A stretch of 63,659 nucleotides of DNA, filler included, from Neolecta irregularis DAH-3 (lineage: Eukaryota), in assembly GCA_001929475.1 (NCBI GenBank). It is 5 parts of 5 records of this genome, joined end to end, with 100 filler letters (N's around TTAATTAATTAA, not from the genome) between each part and the next. Parts side by side here need not be neighbours in the genome. Positions count along the whole stretch, not along the records: positions 1 to 30,037 come from LXFE01000172.1; 4 more parts are not named here. One strand, written 5' to 3'. Under the pieces are notes generated by a model, which saw nothing but the letters and a program-made list of their open reading frames with translations, was not told the origin of the DNA and made no database searches. Below, piece after piece: positions 1 through 10,475 of this stretch. The position numbers and the translations under genes are program-made. Position 1 is the stretch's first letter; the number at the start of each line of letters is the position of its first letter.

Positions 1-711
1 CAGAATAGAATCATGCTTCGAGACCCGTAATCCAAGCCGGAGCTAGATACTTCGAGTAACGTTAAATTTTAATGTAGGACCTGTGTATCGGTGAGGTAAC
101 GACTGAACCATTTCTCACATTCTTAAAGTCCATCGGCTTAAAAAGCAAGAAACAAGACATACCACACCATCGATATCACTTTTAAAGAGTAGAAAATGAC
201 TGATACCCACAAGTCCGGTGCCGTTTTGCGGCTGTATAGCATAATGTGTCGAAGTGGACATTTTGGTCTCGCTTTGATGACATGCCCAGCAATCCATGAA
301 CTCTGCCCAATGTTCAGATGGAAGATTTTTCCATAATGATATGCGCCCAGATGGCACCAGAATAAAATTACAAATTTTACAACACATTGAACTAGATTTA
401 CTCAACGCATCTGCGGGCCAAGGATAAGTTATTTCTGCAGACATGTCTGCGAGGTCTCGCGATGGCAAACGTATATTTACTGGAACAGCACTTCTATCAA
501 ACCGGATTCTTCCGGATACAGCTGATAAAGAAGGCAGGGGAAGTGTAAACTCCATATTGTTGTGTAAGAGTATAGCTGTTTGCGGGTCTGTGATAATCAA
601 TTGAGTTTCGTCATCGCTTGGTAGCTCTAGTTCGATTATTACACTAATTGTTTTGATCCTTGGTAAATATTCGGCATAGTATCGTGTAAACTGAGAGCGT
701 TGTTGTGACAT
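1..711 (-). CDS. UBE3D/Ipa1-like HECT_2 domain protein (3' end probably runs off the window)
   Basis: CKIC...WKNLPSEHWAEFMDCWACH matches the HECT_2 LPSxxWxExxDxWxCH motif; a GTATGT donor near 161 implies further exons. Confidence 0.8.
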
Positions 712-785
712 GAAATAGTGTTAAGGATCGAGGAGGTTGAAAAGATTTCGGTTGATCGCTTGTTTAAAATTTCAACACCTTCAAA

Positions 786-2066
786 ATGGGCAAGAAAATA
801 TTGTCAAAGAGCAACAAGGGCGAGTTAAAACCGTCATTAAAAGACCTATTCAAAACCAGTGTACTCTTTTGCTTTAATCTTCTCTAATCAATAGGCTGGT
901 ACAATCGCTAAACCCGTTACTACAAAAGAAACCACAATACTCTACCGTCCAGAAACTCCAGAGCCTGAAATAATAAACAAACAAGAGGGAGAACAGAAGA
1001 AGATACGCAAGCGCAAAAGATATGATACAGAAATCGAAGATGAATATTTACAAAAGATCTACGGAATGAACAAGAAAGTCAAGAAGAAAGAAGATTACTC
1101 TAAACCCAAAACAGAGGACCAAGAGACTATCTCAGATGACATAATTAGGCATAGCACGTCACTCAGAAAAGATTCAAACGAAAATCCTAAATCAAACGAT
1201 TCTAAATCTTTACTCGACTCTGAAGAGAAAAACGATAATGATTATCCACCCGAGCATGAAGCACATGAGAAACAAGCACTCGAAATACAAAAAGCAAGCC
1301 AGACGATATTCATCGGAAACTTGCCAGTGAGTGTTATCACAAATAAGGTATATTGAATGCTGTGAGAAATCTAACTTATACCAAGGCCGATTACAAGGAG
1401 TTGAAAGAACTGTTTTCGCAGGTTGGAAAGATCAAAAGCATCCGGTTTCGATCAATTGCGTTTTCAGAACTCTTACCTCGAAAAATCGCCTTCATCAATA
1501 ATAAATTTCACAAAGGCCGTGATAATATTAATGGATATCTAGTATTTTCAGAGGAATGTTCCGTAAAAAAGGCATTGAGTCTGAATGGGACTGTTTTCCG
1601 GAAACATCACCTTCGAGTTGATTCTGTAGCACACCCCGCCGTACAAGATACAAAAAGATGCGTCTTTGTCGGAAATATAGCATTCGACGAGCGAGAAAAT
1701 GCGTTATGGGAATTTTTCAAGGGTTCTGGAAAGATTGAAAGTGTACGGATCGTGCGAGATTCTAAAACGAATCTTGGCAAAGGTTTTGCATACGTACAAT
1801 TTACGGATAAAGATTCTGTGGAAAAAGCATTACTGAATCATGAAAGCAAGTTGAATTCAAGAAAACTTAGGATAACTCGAGCAAAGGCAATCAAGAAGAA
1901 CGGCCTCCCCATGAAAGGAGAGAATAATAAGGAAAAGACTGTCATTGGAAGAGCTAAACGGGTACTTGGAAAAGCTTCTCGAAGTCAATTATTAGAAGGT
2001 ATAAGGGCAAAGTCGACAGACAAGATCAATCTGTCGAGGAAAAAGTCTTCAAAGAAAAAGAAGTAG
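786..2066 (+). CDS. NOP12: Nucleolar protein 12 (two RRMs)
   Basis: TIFIGNLP, IKSIRFRS, HLRVDSVAHP, CVFVGN and GKGFAYVQF motifs; introns about 862-894 and 1349-1385. Confidence 0.92.
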
Positions 2067-2076
2067 AGTTCACAAT

Positions 2077-2990
2077 TCATATATCTTTAGCAAGTCCTCT
2101 GGCAACCATCTCTTTAATGACTTGTAAAATAATCACATTTTCTCTCTCAACCTCAGTCTCAACGAGCTAGATATAAATATAAAAATTTTGACTTAAAAAA
2201 CTTACTCGAGAATAAAGCGATTTCCGGTTCCTCCACTGATGAGATGAGTCAGTCGAAACGTTTGCCTGCTCAATATTATCATGTTTATACCTGCAACGTT
2301 TCCCAAAACGGCACCGTCCTTTTTGAAACCTGAGGCAAGCTTTGATCGGACGTTCAGTCTCAGATTCAGCATTATTACTTTGTGCAACCTTAAAAAAGTC
2401 AATGTTTGCCTTTCAAAGCAACCTACCTTTTCCAATTTACGTTTCTTTGCCGGGATTTGCCTTTGCCTTTCTTCCTCCTAACCGTCAAGAGTTTTCGGTG
2501 AGTAAGAAAGTATTCGTACCTTTCTGGCTATATTAGCAGCAGTAGGCCAATTCTTTTTTCGTTCTGCAATCCACAAAGCAATTTCTTGGGGAGAATCCAA
2601 TGAGATTTTTGTACCTTGAATTCTGTCTGTGTTAGCAGAATCTGTACGGGAATTTATTTACCGAACGGTAGAAACAGGACGTTCCTCGGCTGCCGAATTC
2701 GCTGTCGGACTGATTCCATAACCAACTTTGGTGACTTTTAAAGGTGTTTGTTTTGATCGAACAGGGCCGTTTTGCACTTGACTAGGCAGGGATCGGTTCA
2801 TATAAGGGTTTATCGAGGGTTGTGGATATGGGAATTGCTGATATTGGGATGAAAAAGGCTCTCGAGCCTGTTTATTGCGATCTCTATTTCGGCCATGGTT
2901 GTTCGTTCCTGGGAGATTTGGAATCGGAGCAACTCTGGGAGGAGGAGATGGTGGAGGTGCGAAAATGTAGTTTTTAGGGAAAGAAGACAT
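2077..2990 (-). CDS. RSA1: NUFIP1/Rsa1-domain snoRNP assembly factor
   Basis: Spliced product contains GTKISLDSPQEIALWIAERKKNWPT and a C-terminal ERENVIILQVIK; 3 introns. Confidence 0.8.
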
Positions 2991-3136
2991 GGCAAGAGTG
3001 CGATTGAGGTAATGCGCGATACGATAGATAAGGCTTTACCAACACCATGTTCAATGAATAACGTGGACTCTGGGACTAGAATAAAAAGAGATTTAAATGA
3101 GGAATAGATTGTTGGATAAGGGCTTAAATAAAAGAT

Positions 3137-4339
3137 CTAAAACGTTTGTGTGTCCCGTCTCCATTCTTCAATACGCTGCTTTTTGATATTGCCAAAGACG
3201 TGTCGAATCTCATTGACCTTGGCCACAAAGGCAGTATCAGGTCCAACAGTATTATATGCTAGAAACTCGAGAAAACCGTGGTCTACAGGGCATAAATCTG
3301 GGTTGTGTTGTTTAATTGCACTAGAACTTATTAAAAGAGTGGTAAACCGGTTAAACCTCAAGGAACCGAGAACTTTTTCGCGGATTTCTACATCTGTGAT
3401 GTGTGCTAGAAGTGCTTCTTGAAACAAATTGCACCAGGCATTTTTTTCATTTATCTGCCAGGCAGTAGTCTCGTATCCTTCAGGCGATTGAATGAGTGGG
3501 CTACTAATTTCCATCGACGCGATATTATCCTCCACAAAAGCTGCAATCTTTCCAATGACTTCTTCAGTTTGAGCTGATTCTACCGCTGCTCGAAGTATCC
3601 GACCGCCATCTGCATGAGCATAGCTATAGTTACCACGCGGTGTTTTAATGGACGCGTTGAGTGCGTAGACCATGCGCAATTTAACAGGATCAACCTTTTC
3701 AACAGACAGCCGTCGTACAAGATTATAAACGATATCAAAATGAGCAGAACGTTGTTGTGCTGGAGCATTATTTTGTAATGCAGAACCAATGACCATGGCT
3801 GCCATTGCTCGAATTTCTGAATCTTGCGACGCGAGAAAATTCAACAAGGACTCCATACCACGACCTTGCGCAATCTTTATACCAAAGTCGATCTCATGAG
3901 CGAGTTCTTCGAGTGCTTGTAATGTGGGCAGAGCCTTTGGATCATGAAGAGATATCGATGTCAATGTAGCGATATTCTCGCCAAATGAAGAATGGTCTTC
4001 TTGCGAGATATGTGGATTTGGTTTATGATTTTCCAAAACGACTTTTTCAGGTTCTTTTTCTTCATTTTCATCCGGCGGAAGCAATACTGCCACTTGATTC
4101 TCGTCAACAACTTCAGACGGATCGACGAGTTTCGCTTCCTTTAAACCCGTTTGAAGATTTATGCGAATATGTAGACCTTCAGGAATCTGTTGATCGTCAT
4201 GAACGACCTGAAATATTTCTGTGGGAATAAAGATTTTGGGATAGAACCCTTGGTCGGGATGGTAAATGAGATCTTCTTGTCCAACTTGCAATGTAGCATG
4301 CTGTGCAAAAACGCTTAAAAGCCAAAGTAGAAGGAGCAT
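3137..4339 (-). CDS. SIL1: ER nucleotide exchange factor Sil1
   Basis: Signal peptide; FIPTEIFQVV...IPEGLHIRINLQTGLKEAK; ARM-like region ALQNN; likely in-frame 36-nt intron 3321-3356. Confidence 0.9.
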   Translation of the reverse strand: MLLLLWLLSVFAQHATLQVGQEDLIYHPDQGFYPKIFIPTEIFQVVHDDQQIPEGLHIRINLQTGLKEAKLVDPSEVVDENQVAVLLPPDENEEKEPEKVVLENHKPNPHISQEDHSSFGENIATLTSISLHDPKALPTLQALEELAHEIDFGIKIAQGRGMESLLNFLASQDSEIRAMAAMVIGSALQNNAPAQQRSAHFDIVYNLVRRLSVEKVDPVKLRMVYALNASIKTPRGNYSYAHADGGRILRAAVESAQTEEVIGKIAAFVEDNIASMEISSPLIQSPEGYETTAWQINEKNAWCNLFQEALLAHITDVEIREKVLGSLRFNRFTTLLISSSAIKQHNPDLCPVDHGFLEFLAYNTVGPDTAFVAKVNEIRHVFGNIKKQRIEEWRRDTQTF

Positions 4340-4385
4340 TTGGATGTGTTGGTCTGTAGACTTCAGACTATTTCAGTTGGAGCAG

Positions 4386-4395
4386 TGCCACGTGT
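4386..4395 (-). promoter_or_regulatory. Candidate UPR element (TGCCACGTGT) upstream of SIL1
   Basis: XBP1/Hac1-type CCACGT core about 47 bp upstream of the ATG of an ER co-chaperone gene. Confidence 0.35.
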
Positions 4396-4744
4396 AGGTT
4401 TTCCTTTGAGACATAAATATATACTATGCACAAGAACATCTCTGCAAGATTCATATTTACATATCATTGTCGTTAAATATGTCAAAAGGATCCTATATAA
4501 CAGAACGAGTGTTTTGCATGATGTATTAACTCGAGTATAGTCAATCTATTCTATATCATTAGTGACATTCATGAAAATGACAATTTATTTCTCTACCAAA
4601 CACAATACCTTGCCAGACTATAGTTTAAAAAGCCATGGTGCAGAAACCTCTATCCATTTTGAGAATTCAGTAGCACCAAACATTACTGTATGCCCTTTGA
4701 ATGCAACTTGATGCTAACAACGCCAAACCTGTCAAAACAACTGG

Positions 4745-5250
4745 TCAAATCATATACTCGCCCAGTGCGCATCGACAACAGACTACATCGCCGTCAGGAC
4801 CACTACTTGTGAGATTTCAGATCTCGATTAGCGGTACCGTTCTTCGCAGCATCCACTGCATATTCGGGATCCATCTTCCATGCATTGGCGAAAGCAGATG
4901 AAACAAGTTCCATTTCCACAGGTTTCACAGGGCAGAACCTGGATTTGAAGATTATTTAGACGATAACAGATGTGACAGCGATGTTGAAGTGAAATTTTGT
5001 CAGGAGGATATGTTTGAACCATGTCAATTTGCCGATTCTCAAGGATCCGCCTCCGTCTTTTGAGTATTGGCATAGACCCGTACTTGTGAACTGCAATATC
5101 TATAATAAGATTGATGTGATACGATGAAATAATACCAGATAAAGGAGTACGAACTTCTTCAGGCTGAAAACTGTTCCTCCTGCGTTTCTTTACAGATTTT
5201 TGCAGTACAATTGATGGAATCTGGTGTTGTTGGTACGGCATCTCCACCAT
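4745..5250 (-). CDS. Small Cys-rich (putative Zn-binding) hypothetical protein
   Basis: CHIC..CETC..CFIC..C..CSGC; a final exon after an intron near 4810-4836 adds DGDVVCCRC. Confidence 0.6.
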
Positions 5251-5379
5251 TTGGTAACAAAAACAGTGGAAAACAACAGTGGTTTGCTTGATTGATCCCG
5301 TGTCTCGCCGCAGATCGGAAATCATGTAGGGAAAACACCAAGGTTGACAATTTTAACATTTCAGATTAAATTTGCCTTG

Positions 5380-7171
5380 ATGAGCACTTTTACTCCACGT
5401 AAAAGACAAAAACTCTATGAAACAAACAAGAACGAAGATTCTAATCCGCCATTGGTGCATTTTCTTGCCCTATTGAAACCCGCGTATATCAAATGGATGA
5501 CTCTGCCAGTCATTCTCCTGACTGTATTTCTCGTACGATGGGGAGTCTCATTAGGTCCATACTCAGGTTCTTTCAGAGGAAAAAAAAGAAGTCAAGCTCA
5601 TTGCAGGAATGGGCACACCTCCAGATTTCGGAGACTTTGAAGCGCAACGTCATTGGATGGAAGTGACTATACATTTACCTCTCAAAGAATGGTACCATTA
5701 CGATGATGATTGGTGGAGACTTGATTATCCGCCTTTGACTGCGTATATCAGTTGGATCTGTGGAGCAATGTACGTTCTATATATCCAAGGATTAATTGAA
5801 GAGGTAATCTTATCAACTCTAAATGGTTCGAATTGGATGTATCGAGAGGTATCGAGAGCGAGGCTCTTAAAGTGTTTATGCGTGCCACTGTCGTTGTCTG
5901 CGAGTTGGTATTTTATGTTCCTGCGGTAATTGGGTTCGTCAAGCGGTGGACAAGAGTGAAAGGATTCGACCGGGGAGCTCAAGTATTCCGCATGGCGTAT
6001 TTCTATTCAAGAGCAGGCATTTTCCATCACCACTATTCTGCTTCAACCAGCGTTGATAATTGTTGATCACGGCCATTTCCAGTATACAATTTCGATATCA
6101 TCCTTCTAATTTGCAGATATAATGCCGTCATGCTCGGGTTGACACTTCTCGCTGTGAATTCATTTCTCAAAGATAACCTTCTTCGCGGGTCAATGTACTT
6201 TGTCCTTGCCATTGGCTTCAAACAGATGGCTCTATACTACGCGCCTGCAATATTCGCCTACTTACTTGGCCTCTGCGTGTTTCCCAGACTTGATATTGCA
6301 CGTCTGAGTGTAATTGGAATAACAGTAGTACTGACTTTTGGAGCAATGTTTTCTCCACTACTTTTATCTGGTGGGGTTGGTGAGATACAACAAGTTTTGC
6401 AAAGGGTATTCCCTTTTCATCGAGGCTTGTGGGAGGACAAAGTTGCGAATGTATGGTGTGCAGCAAATGTCGTGATCAAACTTCGAGAAACGTATCCTCG
6501 CGATTCATTAAAGGTTCTCAGGTATGTTTTGTACTGATATAAGGGTTCACAGTAGTTTATTGGCGACTCTGCTCGCAGTCATGCCTACGTGCTTGATGTT
6601 GTTTATGTATCCCAGGAAACAGCTTCTTCCACTTGGACTTGGGATGAGTGCACTGGGGTTTTATCTCGTGGGATTTCAGGTTCATGAAAAGAGCATTCTG
6701 TTGCCATTAATGCCGGTGACGATGTTGATTACGGAGGGCAACTTGGATAGTACGAGCTGGATTGGCTGGATCAACAATATTGCAATGTTTAGGTATTTCA
6801 TCCGCAAAACAATCTCACGCATAGTATGTGGCCACTATTAAAGCGCGAAGGTTTGGGACTGCAGTACAGCGTGATCATTGGATTCTGGAACTGGTTATGC
6901 GGGATGTATAAACTATCTACGAATAGAATGGGAAGGACGCTTCAGATGGTTTGATTATGGCGAACAGAGATTTGCTGATTCATTACAGCTTTCGTATCTG
7001 GCAATACTGAGCATTCATCTTCTCGACGCAGCTTTTCCGCAGTCGTTACGATGGCCTGATCTGTGGGTGGTAGCGAATGTTGTTGTATCTTGCGGGTGCT
7101 TTGGGATATTTTTTGTATGGGGCAATGTGCAACTGTTTATTCAGGTGCGGAAAAAACAAAAGGAGGGCTGA
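5380..7171 (+). CDS. ALG6: Dolichyl-PP-Man9GlcNAc2 alpha-1,3-glucosyltransferase
   Basis: [40 protein letters not shown] and [11 protein letters not shown] motifs; 7 short introns. Confidence 0.96.
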
Positions 7172-7510
7172 ATATAAACATATTTCTATACTTTATAGCC
7201 ATAGTTGGCCATGCATCTGCAGGTCAATGCATGGTATATCAGGCATACTCACCTTCTATGGGCCTCAATTAAATCTTTGCATTCTTCAGCACTGTCGTTT
7301 TCTTGCGATTTAAACATGCATTCGTCTCGCGCATTCCGAGTCTCTGGACAGGCACAACATGGCTTTGGCCTCTTATCAATGGTATTTTCTGGTGGTTAGA
7401 TTCAAATATTGCATTTCAATACGCAGAGTGGAATCTGTACTCATGTTGACCGAGATCAATTTCTTCCACCGCCACCCCAAAATCTTTTTCAATACTCCAC
7501 GCACTCCCAA

Positions 7511-8756
7511 ATGACGGATGCAGTCTACTCCCTCGCAGATAAAATGTTAAAACTCGACAACGCTCAAGATATCGCTGAATATGTCGACAAGCTGCAAAAA
7601 AGCACAAATATACGCGAAATTCGACTGAGCGGAAATACATTTGGAGAAGCAGCCTGTGCCGCACTTGCGCCTGTGATTTGTAAACAGAAATCGAGCCTGC
7701 AGGTGCGTTTTGCCTTGGATTTAAAATAAAATAAAATGTATACTTTTTTAATTATTGTAAAGTCTTTTTCTACTGCTGCTGAGTCTGATCCAGATTGCCC
7801 GATTGGCAGATATATTCACCGGCCGGCTGCGTGAAGAAATTCCACCAGCGCTTTCTCATCTGTTGACCGCTTTAAATCCCTGTATTTCGCTCCATACGCT
7901 TGATTTGAGCAACAATGCATTTGGTCCTACCGCCCAGGAGCCGCTCATCGCCTTTTTAAGCAGCCACGTACCGCTCGAGCATTTGTATCTCGCAAACAAC
8001 GGACTTGGCCCAGAAACTGGAACTCGGATCGCAGTTGCATTAACTCGTTTGGCAGAGGAAAAGAAGGCGAACAATGCTTCAACGCTGAAAACTCTAGTTT
8101 GCGGCAGAAACAGGCTGGAAAATTCTAGTATGCTTGCCTGGTCGCAGTGCTTTACTGCGCATGGTTCTTTATTCGAAATTCGCTTGCCGCAAAACGGGAT
8201 CAGACCCGAAGGAATTGAAACTCTTCTTCGAGATGGATTGTCAAATTGCATTCGCCTAAAAGTGATGGACCTGCAAGACAACACTTTTACTCTCAGAGGT
8301 GCAAAAGCTTTAGCCCATGTTTTGCCTATATGGACCGAGTTGAACGAACTCGGAGTTGGTGATTGTCTACTGAGTGCACGCGGCGGTAATATTCTCGCAG
8401 AAGCAATCTCAAAAGGTCTCAATTCTGAAATCGCCATACTAAAACTGCAATACAACGATCTCGATCTTGCAGCTGTCAAAGCCTTGAAAAAGGCCATTGA
8501 AAACAATTTGGCAAAGTTGAAGCTGCTCGAACTGAATGGAAACAAATTTAACCAAGACGAAGATATCGTTGACGAAATTCGTGCAATGTTTTCTGATCGT
8601 GGGCTGGGAGAATTAGACGACTTGGATGATATGGAAGAGGAAAGCGGGGAGGAAAGCGATGCTGATGACTCGGAATCGCCCAAAACAACTGGGGAAGGTA
8701 ATAGTCAATCCGCTGATATTCTGGTTTCCGCATTAGACACCACGCACATTAAATAG
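7511..8756 (+). CDS. RNA1: Ran GTPase-activating protein
   Basis: LRRs with ADIFTGRL, CGRNRLEN, NGIRPEG and DLQDNTFT; acidic tail; intron 7703-7793. Confidence 0.96.
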
Positions 8757-8807
8757 TTTAAAAGACTTGGTTTTCTTGTAAACATGTACATTGCTGAATA
8801 TTATTTC

Positions 8808-10059
8808 CTATTCCATGTCTTTGAGTAATCCAATACTCCTCGCATTCGTCCAGTTTTCCTTCATTTCATCCAATATTCGGTCCTTTTCAACCCACCGCTC
8901 AGTCAGCCATGTCTCCAACTCCTTGTCCGTCAAAGGCACACTTTCCATAGAATACCGGCGAGTATGTATGTGAAATTTCCAGGAAGGCAGATGTGCTCCA
9001 TATAGTATCTCGCTCATCAAAGGTGATTTTTGAAATTCAGAACCACGTGAGTACGCAATTGTAACATCTAGCGTTACAATAACTTGTCTGAATCCAGTTT
9101 ACCATATATAGCTTTAATATGCGATCCCTTGAGTTCCTTTACACAAGCTTGGAAGCCTTTAAACCGCGGGAGAAGACAATGCGACAAAACCGGCTTCCCT
9201 CGTTCTTCACAAAAGTCTCTCGACTAGCAGTTGTCAGTTTGATTACAAGAATAGTCTACCTCTGACAGTTTCTTGGGACTCAGTCTTGTTCCTTCGACAA
9301 AAGTAGTGAGCCCTATCCAGTCAATGACAAGTATAATGTCCATCAAACAAATAGGAAACCGATCTTTTTTCATTTGTCCAAATGTTCTGGTCAATTCAGC
9401 TTGATCGTGTAACCAATTCCTTTTAACTAGAATCATTCCAGATAAAACTAACGACCATCCAAAAAAAGGTCTATAAATCAGTATTATCTGTGAAATATAT
9501 CATATATATATGCCAATGATTTCTTCGCAAAGTAGCGAAGTCTCGAGAGCATTCCTCGACGCTTTGCAATCGCTTGAATCATCATAAAGTCAAGCCAGGA
9601 TACGTGATTGCCTGGATCATCAAAAGTGGAAAACTCATCTAAATTTACATATAACAAGCGCACTCTCGTTTTTCGGAAAGACTTCTCCACTGAATGTGAT
9701 GCGCAGTCTCCGGTGCGTCTGATATCGTAAGATGAAAACTGACCAGTGATGATACCTCCAAAAAGGCCTATGCGTTTAGATCAGGCTGATCTTTTGAATA
9801 GTATATTACCTGGATATATATCCATACAGCATACGCCATTTTTGAATTGATCTTACTGGATCAGTCTGGGCAGAAAGTTACCGTACGTCATAAGTCAATC
9901 TTCGTGAGAATGGCACAAGAAAGATGGTGAAGCATTGAATTACGTTCATGATCGCAAGTATTGAAAAGATGGAACCAATAAAAAGAACTCCTTTGATCGG
10001 TCGGAAAGGGTTTATCTGGCATGGATTAAATATGGGGGATCAATTGATGCGAATACCAT
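8808..10059 (-). CDS. PlsC-family lysophospholipid acyltransferase (LCLAT1/Cst26-like)
   Basis: NHVSWLD, KSLAYIPFFGW, FVEGTR and LLPRFKG motifs; 8 introns, an ATG-only first exon and a 12-nt microexon. Confidence 0.88.
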
Positions 10060-10475
10060 TGCTGTTTCAGAGTGGAGGACAAAGGCCTCACACCAAACAC
10101 AAAATATGCAATGCAAAGAAATATTATTCCTTATTCGTAACCACAACTCATTCGTTCGGAAACCTCGATCGCAACGCCCTCCCAAAAGATAAAACAACAA
10201 AAAGTTAAACTATATACAGCGCAAATAGAGAAACAGGTATCCAGAGACAACCATCAAAACGCACCGATTTCGAAAATGAACCCATTAGACCCAGGCGACT
10301 TGACAATCTCCCTTATCAACCAGCATTACAACCCGTAAGAAAAACTTCGAAAAAGAAAGAGCGTTGGATAATCGAGAAAAGAATGACTGGAAGAAGAAAA
10401 AAGTAGACCCCAAGGAGCCTCTAATACAAATACGAAAACGAAGACTCCAATCAAAGTAACGAGTTGACATGAGAG

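Noticed and set aside
7856..8683. 275-aa antisense ORF
   Set aside because: Shadow of the RNA1 CDS; no motifs
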